The position numbers were made by a program, and so were the translations under genes. This document shows positions 21,701 to 33,622 of a stretch of 64,000 nucleotides of DNA, one piece after another. Under the pieces are notes generated by a model, which searched no databases, had not been told where the DNA came from, and saw only the letters and a list, made by a program, of their open reading frames with translations. How positions within the stretch are numbered: the first letter of the stretch is position 1; the number at the start of each line of letters is the position of its first letter. This DNA is from Albugo candida (lineage: Eukaryota). Location: the NCBI GenBank assembly GCA_040437565.1, contig JBDOQK010000070.1:62001-126000 (forward strand), given 5' to 3'.

Positions 21701-24166
21701 ATGTTGTTCGGAAAAGAACTTCGTGAAGCATATCAAGCACTATCGATTTTACAACGTGAGCTGCGAGAAGAGAAAGAAAAAAACTCACAACTACAGCAGC
21801 AGATTACAGAGATACAGACAAGAGATTCCGCAATGACAGCACCTGCGGACTCTCTGGAATCAGACTCTGACTCAGATCTGATCGATCCTGCCTCCAACAT
21901 AAAAAATAGTACTAGCGATATCCAACATGCACATAAGCATGCAAAGAAAGCGCGCGATAGTCCGTCTCGTCATTTTAAACAACCGGACGCATTTCTCTCG
22001 AATCAGAATAATCACCTATACTCAGAATCAGAATTACAAGACCTGGAATTTTTCCATTTGAAATCTGATCCCAGTGAATTTGCGTCCGAGGAACTGCTTG
22101 CGCAATTCCATATACAATCAAGACAACTGATTCGGGAAAAGGAGGCTAACGCCGAAAAGATAAATGCAATGCAGCAACAGCTCCTTCAAAGTGAATATCG
22201 CGTTCTCCAGTCACAACACGAGCAAGCTGAGGTTAAACAAGTTTGTGCCCAATTGCTGGAACAATTGAACGCGTCCAAGCACTCGAACGTGATGCAATTA
22301 TCAGATCTTGAGTCGCATAAAATACGGTGGGAGCAAAACGAATCTAATCGTGAGCAACAACTTGTTTGGCAACATCGAATTAAATTAACACGATACAAAC
22401 AACAGAATGCGCAACTCGGTCGAAAAAATAGCGCATTGAAGCAAACTTTGGAGCACGTATTGTGTAAGGTGGAAGATTGTGAAGGAAATTGGATGCGCAC
22501 TTTGCAAACATTGGGAGATTGTATGCGAGCGAATAAGCAGTTAGAAGAGCGTTTGAAGCAGAGTTGTAAAAAGGAAGACATACTGACTCAAAACTGGCGG
22601 AAAGTGGAATCAGAATCCTCGAAATGGAAAACACGTGTTTATCGTCTTCAGGAGGAGGTGGCAACACTTTATCAGAATCGCATTCATTTGGAAGAAATTG
22701 AGAGAAATAAAATGTTTGTGGAGGAACTCACACAAAATAACTTTTTGAGTGCACAAACAAAACGCGCTAGTTTGTCAGAGTTAAATACGTTGCGGAAAGA
22801 AATGAAAATAATGGTGGAAAAATATGCAATTCTGGAAGGTAGTCGATTGAGTGAATCCGTATCGATTAAAAACGAAAGGAAATTGACAGATACCATCAAA
22901 CAATTAAGCGAACGCTCACATCAAACAGAAGAACGTCTTACGCGTGTGACGTGCGAAAATGAAAAAATAATAAGTGATTTGACGCGTTTGAAAAGCGAAA
23001 ATTTGCAGTTGAGAAATACGCTTAGCGAGTCGAACGAAACGTTAAGAAAGTATCAATGCGAGCAGAACGATCGATGTCAAAATTGGGATTCAGAATCGCG
23101 CAATTTGAAAAAGAATTTGGAATTGGTGATTGAGAAAAAGAACGATCTTTTATTGGAAGAAGAATCGTTACGAACACAATGGATGGAAGCCACCGAATCG
23201 CTTGAACAACTGAGTGTGGAACACATCTACGCGATTGCGACGATGGAAGTTCGTACAGAGTCTTTGGAACGACAGCTCTTATCGGCAGAGGAGACTCCAA
23301 CATCTGAGAATTGGACCGAATCAAATACCATGGGAGCGATACAACAGTTTAGCGTGCAAATTCCTTTGCTACAAGCATTTCTCAAGGATGTAAAAGCTGT
23401 CATTCGCTTATTTCAATCCCACAAACATATCATCCGGCAATTGTGTGACCACACTATTAAATTAAAAGATGTGGACAGTCGAGCGATTTGGCAATTATTG
23501 AAGTGGTCGAACGCAATTATGAAAGCGAGTGAACCGTTCCTAACAGCTTTATCAACAAGCGGGAAACGCTCATTGGCTCACGTAAAGGGTGATTTGGTCC
23601 GTCTTGTGAGCATATGGCATTCTTACAATGTATACGAATCAGAGTGCGAAGAAGAATTGCCTCCAGTTCCGCCATTTACAATCAAGTCGCAAGAGTGTGT
23701 GATGATTTTGCAGAATTGGACTTCAGATCGGAAAAAGCAAGCGCGTGTTCAGCGTTGGCTGTATAAAGTTTCGACAGAGTCATTGGAGGAATTTGGACGC
23801 ACTTCAAACACGATACTATTGGACAATATGACGGAAGAAGTGAAGGATGCGTTTTGCATGCTTTTGATTCCAATTTTGAGGCAGAACTCTCGCATTCGGC
23901 TCAGCGTGTACACACGACAAAGACAGCTTGAACAGGAGAATCAGCGTGACGGGAGTAAATGGATACATTCCCTGGTGTGGGACATGAAAATTGGTATTTC
24001 TTGGAACGATACCAACACGATTGAGAGTGAGACTGAGATTAGTGCGCCTTTTTCACCAGCCAATTCGACTCATTCTTCCACATTATCGACATCATCCTCG
24101 TCTTCGATCCCCTCCGGCGTCATGTTGGGAATCATTGAAGCGCGATTGAAACAGTTGCAGTCGTAA
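21701..24166 (+). CDS. Large coiled-coil protein of unknown function
   Basis: 821-aa intact ORF, heptad-rich over most of its length, with a globular-looking C-terminal segment (ILQNWTSD..RWL..DAFCMLLIPIL). Confidence 0.75.
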   Translation: MLFGKELREAYQALSILQRELREEKEKNSQLQQQITEIQTRDSAMTAPADSLESDSDSDLIDPASNIKNSTSDIQHAHKHAKKARDSPSRHFKQPDAFLSNQNNHLYSESELQDLEFFHLKSDPSEFASEELLAQFHIQSRQLIREKEANAEKINAMQQQLLQSEYRVLQSQHEQAEVKQVCAQLLEQLNASKHSNVMQLSDLESHKIRWEQNESNREQQLVWQHRIKLTRYKQQNAQLGRKNSALKQTLEHVLCKVEDCEGNWMRTLQTLGDCMRANKQLEERLKQSCKKEDILTQNWRKVESESSKWKTRVYRLQEEVATLYQNRIHLEEIERNKMFVEELTQNNFLSAQTKRASLSELNTLRKEMKIMVEKYAILEGSRLSESVSIKNERKLTDTIKQLSERSHQTEERLTRVTCENEKIISDLTRLKSENLQLRNTLSESNETLRKYQCEQNDRCQNWDSESRNLKKNLELVIEKKNDLLLEEESLRTQWMEATESLEQLSVEHIYAIATMEVRTESLERQLLSAEETPTSENWTESNTMGAIQQFSVQIPLLQAFLKDVKAVIRLFQSHKHIIRQLCDHTIKLKDVDSRAIWQLLKWSNAIMKASEPFLTALSTSGKRSLAHVKGDLVRLVSIWHSYNVYESECEEELPPVPPFTIKSQECVMILQNWTSDRKKQARVQRWLYKVSTESLEEFGRTSNTILLDNMTEEVKDAFCMLLIPILRQNSRIRLSVYTRQRQLEQENQRDGSKWIHSLVWDMKIGISWNDTNTIESETEISAPFSPANSTHSSTLSTSSSSSIPSGVMLGIIEARLKQLQS

Positions 24167-24276
24167 TTTACAGTCAAAAGTTGTGAGTAAATTAATTGTG
24201 CCAAAATAATGGAACATATTAATAGAGCCATTTTTGCGGTACAATACATTTTAAGTGGTTCTTACTGATTAGCAAT

Positions 24277-26062
24277 ATGAGCCTAAAAAGTGTCGTGAAG
24301 CAAAAGAAGCCGCTTGCAGTCGCTAGTGATTTGTATCCGTTCGTGCACCAGTTCTTGGTGCAATGTGGCTTACGAAAGAGTGCATCTCAATTTCAAGAAG
24401 AAGCCAAATTGGTTCGTGAGCGGAGAAAGTGTTTGATCTTAGGGCGTTTACAAATTTCTATTCATGCTGTAGGATGCGACAACTCCTGTCCAATGGGAAC
24501 ACAATTTGCTTGCAATGTATGAGATGTATCTTTGTTCAAAGACTGAGACTCATTTGTCCAAAGAAGCAGTTGCTTCGGAGAATGTTAACAAAGTGAAATC
24601 AAACAGTAAGCCAGGAAAGCTACGTAAAGCAGTCGTAACCGCTGTGGAGTCTTCTTCTTCGTCGTCAACTTCCAGTGACTCGTCAGAATCAGAATCGGAA
24701 TCGGATAACGTTATTGAAAAGACCAAAGTGTCCAAAACGTCCAAAGTAAATGCGTGCAGATCAACCGTAAAGAAGGCGAGCACAAAGGGCGCTACAAAAA
24801 AAGCCAAAGCAGAGTCTTCTTCATCGTCTTCCGAATCAGAATCAGAGTCAAATGAGGGGAAGAAGGCCAGTAATAAGCGCGTCACAAAAAAAGCCAAAGC
24901 AGAGTCTTCTTCATCCGAATCAGAGTCAGACGTAAATGAGAAAAAAACGAAAATTGTTGAAACCAAGTCAAGCGCAAAGAAAACGACTACTAAGTGCAAT
25001 ACGAGCAAGGAGTCGTCGTCATCGTCATCGTCATCATCATCATCCGGATCAGAATCAGAATCAGAATCTCACGTAAATGCAAAGGTGAAAAAGCCAACCA
25101 AAACCGATTCAAGTACAGATGAAAGCTCGTCGTCCTCTGAGTCAGAAAGTGATACTAAGAAACCTGCACTGGCTGATACAAATAGCGGTAAAGCCAAAAA
25201 AGAATCGGATGCAGATTCTTCATCAGAATCAGAGATAGAAACCAAAACCAAAACCAAAACTGTGATGGTCAAAAATCTTGCAAAAGAAGTAAAAGCAAAA
25301 AAGAATTCAAGTAAACAATCAAACGTAGAATGTATGTCTTCATCCTCGTCCTCGTCGTCATCTTCAAGCTCGTCGTCTGAGTCGGAGGAAGAAGATGAAG
25401 GAAAACCCACGCGTGCAACCAATGGTAAAAAAGGCTCAAAAAGAGATTCATCAGCAGTACATCCAATCGATACGAGCGCAAACAAAAAGAAGCGGAAAAC
25501 CTCATCAAAAAAAGCTCCCACACAAGCCGAATCATCGAGTAGCAGCTCAAGTGATTCCAGCTCATCAGACTCTAGCTCCGACTCAGACTCAGATTCGAAT
25601 ACCCAATTTGATGCTCAAGAAGAAAAACGTCGTCTTCAGGCCGCTAAAGCCGCCCTCGAGTGGGTCCCAAAGAAGCTAGAAAAACCGGTACGCTTTCTCT
25701 TTCAGCGTGCTTAGCTCCATCATTGACTATTTCCTTCAGATCAAAAAAAACGATACGGTCACAGGAAATGCTCCTTTCCAGCGTGTGGACAAAGAAGTTT
25801 GGTCTTCTAAAATCGCGCACGATTCACTTCGGGATAATAGCTGTAAGCTTGCAATTGTGGTTGATCGCCTTCGTCTGACACTTCTGTCTCAATAATAGAC
25901 GACGCCAAATTCGGTAGCTCCGGCGTTGGTAGTAAAGCGAACCAAGTCCTCTCCAAGGTGCGGGGTAAAGATTTCACGCGTGAAAAGAACAAAAAGAAGC
26001 GGTCGACGTATATGTGTGGCAGCATTTCCATGGCATCCCATTCCTACAAATTTGACAATTAG
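24277..26062 (+). CDS. NOLC1: Nopp140/SRP40 nucleolar phosphoprotein
   Basis: N-terminal LisH (LYPFVHQFLVQCGLRKSASQFQEEA), alternating poly-Ser/acidic and Lys-rich blocks, and a C-terminal SRP40 domain (PFQRVD..KANQVLSKVRGKDFTREKNKKKRSTY.CGSI...SYKF). Three short introns. Confidence 0.9.
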
Positions 26063-26258
26063 AATTGTGACATTTTTGACCTCATTTTACGTACGTTTCC
26101 TGTTTTTACACCAATTCCGACTTTGACGACGTGATGGGTCATCGCCACGTCATATTGCAGGCATCGTTTTAAAGGCACTTTGTTTGCGTCACGAGCCGAG
26201 AACGTAGTGTCAGTACTTGATTTGCGCTTTTTCTGCGATTAACGAATTGCTCTTTTTG

Positions 26259-27708
26259 ATGAATTGGATAACGCAACTTTACTTTCTTCTTCTCATTCAT
26301 GCGCAACTTCTCGCCAACGCGCAACAGTTTCCCGAACTAGCAAAAGCCTATTGGATCGAACGCCTTGCATTTTTCCGCGTGAATGCGCTTCTGTATGCAG
26401 CCAGTGATATGAGATGTGTGTCGTGGAGCACAAGCTTGGAAGCACAAGCCGGAAATATCGCACACAATTGCTCGCAGCCAACTTCCTCTCAAGTGAACTT
26501 TATCCTTGTAGAGCAACACGATGACCCTTCGGAGTATGTGGATGCCGCGATCAAGGGATGGGTCGTAGATAAGCTCTTGGAAATAAAAAAAACTATTCCG
26601 CACCCGAAACAGAAAGCTGGATTTGGCACAGGCTTTTATAGCTCATACTCACTTATTGTGTGGGCCACAACGAATCAGGTTGGATGTGGTTATGGAAGTT
26701 GTGGTGACAAAACCGCGGTCGTCTGTCTGTACAATGGTGCGCCAAACACTGCAAAGAGTCCATGGTACACGCATGGAGCTCAAGCAAGCGCATGTCCATC
26801 TGGTACCAGCAGTGTAGGAGGGCTTTGCTCGATCGATAAGCAACGCTGTGCGAAAAATGCTGAGAAAATTCCACTTNNNNNNNNNNNNNNNNNNNNNNNN
26901 NNNNNNNNNNNNNNNNNNNNNNNNNNNNNNNNNNNNNNNNNNNNNNNNNNNNNNNNNNNNNNNNNNNNNNNNNNNNGGATGTGGTTATGGAAGTTGTGGT
27001 GACAAAACCGCGGTCGTCTGTCTGTACAATGGTGCGCCAAACACTGCAAAGAGTCCATGGTACACGCATGGAGCTCAAGCAAGCGCATGTCCATCTGGTA
27101 CCAGCAGTGTAGGAGGGCTTTGCTCGATCGATAAGCAACGCTGTGCGAAAAATGCTGAGAAAATTCCACTTGAAAAAGTGAGTGGTATATACTACAAGGG
27201 TCTGCTCCAAAGCATCCAAGATCAGGATAATGGCAAAGGACCACCAGTAAACGTAAACGCTCCGTCACCTCCCATAATACCAACGCCTGTCCTCTCAAGC
27301 GCGCGCACCGGGAAGGATGAGAATCCTCCCGAGAAGAAAGCGGACCTTGAAAACGAGAAAAAAGAGAATTCAAGTCGCCCAAAGTCTGTCGATTTGACTA
27401 AAGAAGAGCAACCAGAGTCTACGAACAAATCTTTGGGTAGTAAGCCTGATGAAACCGAGTCACAGCCTAATAAATTAGAACAACGTGATAGTGAGAAGAA
27501 TAGTCAAGAAGCAGGATCACCGGTGCAAACGGTTCAAAATCAAGCAATTTTCACCAAGAAAAATGGAAGTTTCTCTCCGGTTGCGATCACAGGACTAGTA
27601 GCAGTTGGGTGCCTCGTAGTGGTTGTCGCTGCTGTTCTTCTCCGATACAAGCAAAGCCAGAAACGGCAGCAAGAAATCGTGCGGGATGCTGCCTTGGATC
27701 CGCTCTAA
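26259..27708 (+). CDS. CAP/SCP (PR-1-like) protein with signal peptide, low-complexity stalk and C-terminal TM (384 aa after correction)
   Basis: ASDMRCVSWSTSLE.QA, IVWATTNQVGCGYGSC...VVCLY and TM ITGLVAVGCLVVVVAAVLL. Removing the 295-nt gap offset restores one open frame. Confidence 0.85.
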
Positions 27709-27778
27709 GCTATGCAAGCAACTTAGAAATTTTGTAAAGGATCAGTAGAAATAGAGTGGTTCACATTACATATCGACA

Positions 27779-28690
27779 ATGGTGTTGGCCTGTGTTCCTC
27801 GATATAATTTGCCAAAGTCTTGTTCTAACGTATACGAGCCAGCGGAGGACTCGTACCTGCTGTTAGACGCTTTGCTAGAAGAACAGTCATTTCTGAAAAG
27901 TCTGTGTCCTACCATCTGTGCTGAAATCGGGTACGTGGATATCATATACGCAAGTTGAGGTGGTAATACTGTCATTAGCTGCGGTACAGGAGTTATTTTC
28001 ACATACTTGGCAGCACTTCTCCATCAAAATGGCCAAAATGCATTGTTCTTTGCCACCGATATAAATCCAGAAGCAGCGCTTGTGGCATCGCAAACTGCAA
28101 CGCTCAACAAGGTTCCCTTCGTTGATATTATTCGTACGGATCTATTGTCTAGCCTCGACCATCGACTCGAGGTGAATCACCCACAATCATACGACCAGAA
28201 CTAATTCTCTTTGTGCGCAGCAAAGCATCGACGTTCTCATCTTTAATCCGCCATATGTTCCCACGCCGTCATACGAAATGAGATCACAGTACGTGACACA
28301 TGAATCCAGCCAAATTTCTCTTATGTTTGCACTATAGCGGAATTGAGGCTGCGTGGGCGGGTGGAGTCCATGGACGCGAAGTAATCGATCGCATGTTACC
28401 CAGAGTGAAGGTGCGTGATATGCAACGCATCCTTTCTTCTTTTCTTAACCGATATATACCAAGCAGAAGGTATTATCGCCGTCTGGCGTATTGTATATGA
28501 TCGTACTTGCAGAGAACCGACCGAAGGAAATAATACAAATTCTCCAGCGCGATCACCTCGAAACGACCGTGCGTAACCGAGTCATTCTAACAATGAATCT
28601 AACCTATGTTCACTATAGATTGTATTATCTAGAAAATGTAGCAATGAGAAATTGTTTGTACTAAAAGCTCAACGACGTCATGGAGCATAA
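27779..28690 (+). CDS. N6AMT1: HemK-family methyltransferase N6AMT1/Mtq2 (multi-exon)
   Basis: VYEPAEDSYLLLDAL, EIG|CGTG, ATDINPEA, IFNPPYVPT, AAWAGGVHGREVIDR, ENRPKEI, NEKLFVLK. Confidence 0.9.
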
Positions 28691-28960
28691 CAATGTGGGT
28701 TACATATCAGTTTTCAGAGTCACCATCCTAAAATTCGAATCCAACAATTTACAAAATTAACTCGCTTTCTCTTTTGAAGTCTGCCTGGGAGAGAAAGTGT
28801 CAAAAAGAAGTCAGGCAAAAAACCTGATTTCAAGTGACAATAAAACCTGATTCACGTGCAAAAACCAACACTCTTGCGCAGAAACAGAAACAAACGGCCG
28901 AAAGGAAACCCCGCACATAGCATTTCGTTTGTCATTACGCGACAACAAACACATTGAGGA

Positions 28961-31900
28961 ATGGCTTCCGCGGGTGGAATTGGGGCCCGTGTCGAAACGG
29001 GACGATCAGGGGGAATGGGCGTACGGTTTGGCTCCAAAGGAACCCGTCGACGGGGAAGTAGTCAAGACGACAGCGCGATAATCACGGAATCACAGCTTGG
29101 AGTCTCAACAAACAATTCCAATGGATACTTGGCGGGAAGGAATTCTATCGCAATTACCACAGCTACTTCAAAGTCATCGCCTTCTGCTTGCAGTACCGCA
29201 CGCACAGAAATAGATACCGGTTATGTGCCAAGTAAAACCGGTCTTTTAACGAAACGCGCCATGTCTTCTATGGGTGCATTTGCGAACTGGAAAGAGCGAT
29301 TTTTTGTATTGGCGGAAGGCCATTTATCATATTACAAACAGGGAGGCGGGTTTTTTACGACGGCAAAGGATGATGTTGCTCATCTGAAAGGAGAGCTACA
29401 GTTGACCTCGGATTCACTCGTGCGGAAGTGTTTGATTGACGATCGAGCCAATTGTTTTGAGGTTTGGACGCCAACCAAGAAGATGTTTGCACAAGCTTCG
29501 ACCGCCAAAGAGGTTGAAGATTGGATCAAGTCTATCAGAGCGCATATAAGTGCACTAAAACGATATCAATCGCGTGGAAGCTTTCAGGATCCTTCTACCA
29601 GTTCAAGTGCTTTGAATGTCACTACGAGTCGAGAAGATTACACACGTCCAAGTATGCTGGAAGAACACGAAATTGTTCGAGGAGCAGATAAATCATCAGA
29701 GCCAAAAGATATTGTGATCAAACAGTTATTGGAAGAGAATAGACAGCTTCGCGAACTGGTCGCTGCCAAAGATCAATACATTCACGAGCTGGAAATGAAT
29801 GGTGGACGAGCAAATCCAGATACAGCTTCAGTTGTACCGGGTGGAGTCACTAGTGGTGGTGCGCGTACTGGGCGTACGGCCGTGCCAAAACTGATATTAG
29901 ACCTTCGTGATTTGAAAAATAAACAAATCCAGCTCTTTGATGCAGCTGAAGTAGGAAATTGGCATCTTATTGCAACCTTATTGAGCGATAATGTTGTGGA
30001 CGTCAATGGAGTGGGAATCAATCAAACCACAGCATTACATGCTGCAGCCCAGAAAAACCATCCAAAAGCTGTGAAAGAACTAGTCGCACGCGGTGCAGAT
30101 CACACAGTTCGGAATGGAGATAGCCTAACGCCATTGCATGTGGCAACACAAGCTGGAAATCTAGAATGTGTTGAAGAGCTACTCAACGCTGGTGCTGATC
30201 CAAATATGACAGATTGTCAAGGTAATGCAGCCATCCATATGTCAGCTGAGATTGCCAACATCGCTATCGCAAAGAAGCTGATTGCAGCAGGTGCGAAAAC
30301 TGACGTTGCTAATGCAAGTGGGTCTCTACCGGTACACTTGTCTCCCATTGGACATCCGGTTCGTGTACTNNNNNNNNNNNNNNNNNNNNNNNNNNNNNNN
30401 NNNNNNNNNNNNNNNNNNNNNNNNNNNNNNNNNNNNNNNNNNNNNNNNNNNNNNNNNNNNNNNNNNNNNTCAACGCTGGTGCTGATCCAAATATGACAGA
30501 TTGTCAAGGTAATGCAGCCATCCATATGTCAGCTGAGATTGCCAACATCGCTATCGCAAAGAAGCTGATTGCAGCAGGTGCGAAAACTGACGTTGCTAAT
30601 GCAAGTGGGTCTCTACCGGTACACTTGTCTCCCATTGGACATCCGGTTCGTGTACTGTTGGGCAGTGGTTCTAACCTAGCTGCTACCAACCCGTCACAAC
30701 CTCCGAGATCAACAACAGTGCAGGAATCCGACATGCAAGGTAGACATATTGCGTTCAAGAACAAGTACCAAAAGGATCTCGCTCTTGGACCTCGCGATTT
30801 CGAGTTTGTTAAAGTTCTTGGTCGTGGAGCATTTGCAAAAGTATATCTAGTTCGAGGCAAAGGATCTAATCGCGATCAGTGGTTTGCACTTAAAGCATAC
30901 AACAAGCAGGCTATCGTGCAAAAGAATCAGGCGCAGTATATTCACACTGAAAAAGCGGCTTTACAAGCTTGTTCCGATCATCCTTACATCGTCACATTGT
31001 ACTATGCATTCCAGTCAAAGGATCGTCTTTTTCTGGTCATGGAGTACTGTGGAGGAGGGGATCTTTTGTCAGCTCTGACTCGACGAAAGGCTTTTACAGA
31101 GGCAGAAGCAGCTTTTTACATTGGAGAAATAGTGTTGGCTCTATCCCACCTTCATTCCAAGAATATTGTATTTCGCGATTTAAAGCCAGAAAACGTGGTC
31201 ATGGATTTAGATGGACATTGTCTCTTGACAGATTTCGGCATCTCAAAAGAAGGTATCAAAGATCACACTTCTGCCAATACGTTTTGTGGATCACCGATGT
31301 ACTTGGCTCCTGAAATGCTTTCAAGATCTGGGTAAGTGCTTGTGGATCAAGTTCTTTGAATGTTGTGGGCTCATTTACTGCACCTCAGGCACGGTTTTGC
31401 ATTGGATTGGTATTCAGTTGGAGCACTTTTATTCGAACTGTTGACCGGTCTTCCACCATTCTACACAAATGACAAGAAACAGCTCTTCCACAACATTTTA
31501 CGAGGACATTTAGTGATTCCAGACTATCTGTCACCCAACGCTCGGGATCTTATTCAGCGATTATTGCATCGTGACCCAGCACAAAGATTGGGATCAGGAA
31601 AGCTTGGCGACGCGGAAATTTTTGTACGTTTCGATCATAACGGTATTCATTCATTTGTATGACAATGTATGTATAGGAACATCCATTTTTCTCAGTGATT
31701 GACTGGGAAAAGCTGCGGAAACGCGAATTAGCACCTCCATTCAGGCCAAAAACAGCAGTTGATCCAACAGGAATACCCGACACATCAAACTTCCCGCAAG
31801 CTTTTACTGATCAAGAGATTTCAGATATTGAGCGTGGCTTCAACCATCAACCGAATTCCAGCGCTCAGCAATTACAACGAAAGAATTCGGACCGACGGCT

Positions 31901-32042
31901 TTTTAGCGATTTTGATTTTCTTCCAGAGCTGAATTTGGATCCTGATGCAAAGCAATTCGAACAGATGGCTCTGGATGCGAATAGCTATAAGAATCTTCCT
32001 ACACCCGATTTGGTAGAAGACTCTGAAGAAGTTGGCATTTAG
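28961..32042 (+). CDS. PH domain + ankyrin repeats + AGC Ser/Thr kinase (about 894 aa after correction)
   Basis: PH (GLLTKR..NWKERFFVL..EDWIKSI), ankyrin repeats (TALHAAA, TPLHVAT), kinase (LGRGAFAKV, FRDLKPEN, TDFG, TFCGSPMYLAPE) and AGC tail. Introns 31332-31388 and 31624-31676. The 287-nt gap offset (30183-30369 = 30470-30656) explains the split ORF. Confidence 0.92.
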
Positions 32043-33622
32043 GTCGAATGTGCATTGAAAGCATTTATCGATTCACACTGTATAAAGACGAAAAGATACT
32101 TAAGATATGTGGTTTGCAATTAGTGTCGTTGTACTCTTTCTCTTCCACAAGCAATGACACCAATGCATACATTCGGTGAGTCCATCTCACAGATACGCAG
32201 ATACACACAATCGAAAACGAATTGAGGCCTTCTCCTTCGATTATCAATTGCTATCACGTCGAGCTGTTCGCAATCCATTTATATTTTATATCCTATGATA
32301 TGGCAAGTCAGCTATTGAACTCGTTTGAGTGATTGCCAACTCTATGAATGATTGCGTCTCTTTGTAGGATTTTAGCCACCAAAGCGTTATCTATCGAGTG
32401 AATAAGTTGATCGACTAGAGCCCAATTGAATTATCGGAGGCGATGTGGACTTGACGACGGCGACATGAGAATACACCGAAATTACGCATTGGGACTTGAA
32501 TTGAGAATAGGAGCCGTAACACACAAATTGTCATTAGAGGGATGCATCCGACTCAGATGAAGGCGTTTCAGACAGGCCCTCGATCAGTTAGCCGAGAAAA
32601 ATGACCATTGTACCACCACGAGGATGTAACGAAATACTGGTCAATGCATTCGTGTGAATCGTATGGAAACGTGCCTGCTTCATGCGNNNNNNNNNNNNNN
32701 NNNNNNNNNNNNNNNNNNNNNNNNNNNNNNNNNNNNNNNNNNNNNNNNNNNNNNNNNNNNNNNNNNNNNNNNNNNNNNNNNNNNNNAGACAGGCCCTCGA
32801 TCAGTTAGCCGAGAAAAATGACCATTGTACCACCACGAGGATGTAACGAAATACTGGTCAATGCATTCGTGTGAATCGTATGGAAACGTGCCTGCTTCAT
32901 GCGTTACTTCCTGTTCTCCTAGACCGTCCCACTCTCAGTCAGGTGGCCCAACAGGTAATCAATAAACAAACGATCGTGCAATGAAGCTATAATGCGATAC
33001 TTTTGCCCAAAAACGATCAACTCTTGTGCTTTGACTTGTGAATTACAAGATTCTATCGATTTTATTCTAGCTTAACGGTCAGCGAGTGATGATCTATCTA
33101 TTGTGCTAAGGAGTAGGTGCCACTTTGCTCACCGCACACATTCATTTCTCGAGCGCCAATATTCGTAACCAGGGGTGTCAACCAGCAAACATTANNNNNN
33201 NNNNNNNNNNNNNNNNNNNNNNNNNNNNNNNNNNNNNNNNNNNNNNNNNNNNNNNNNNNNNNNNNNNNNNNNNNNNNNNNNNNNNNNNNNNNNNATGCGA
33301 TACTTTTGCCCAAAAACGATCAACTCTTGTGCTTTGACTTGTGAATTACAAGATTCTATCGATTTTATTCTAGCTTAACGGTCAGCGAGTGATGATCTAT
33401 CTATTGTGCTAAGGAGTAGGTGCCACTTTGCTCACCGCACACATTCATTTCTCGAGCGCCAATATTCGTAACCAGGGGTGTCAACCAGCAAACATTAGCG
33501 AACAACCATGCTTCTCTCTGAATCTTCAATTTTGATATGCTAGTGGCTTTTGCTCAATTGTTGATGGTGGGAGAAGGCGGAGCTAAGATTACAAACATTT
33601 CATGCACTCATACACTAAGAAA

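Noticed and set aside
24550-25565. Long antisense ORFs and TCA/TCG/GAATCA microsatellite-like runs
   Set aside because: A by-product of poly-Ser/Glu codons in the Nopp140-like gene.
26682-27171. Apparent duplicated Cys-rich module and frameshift in the CAP gene
   Set aside because: Gap-overlap artefact; the frame is restored on collapse.
30183-30656. Extra ankyrin repeats and a split kinase gene
   Set aside because: Identical flanks around the gap; artefact.
32568-33496. Two pairs of direct repeats resembling LTRs or an array
   Set aside because: Each pair is identical and brackets a 100-N gap. The underlying sequence has faint LTR-like features, but no TSD or second LTR could be shown.
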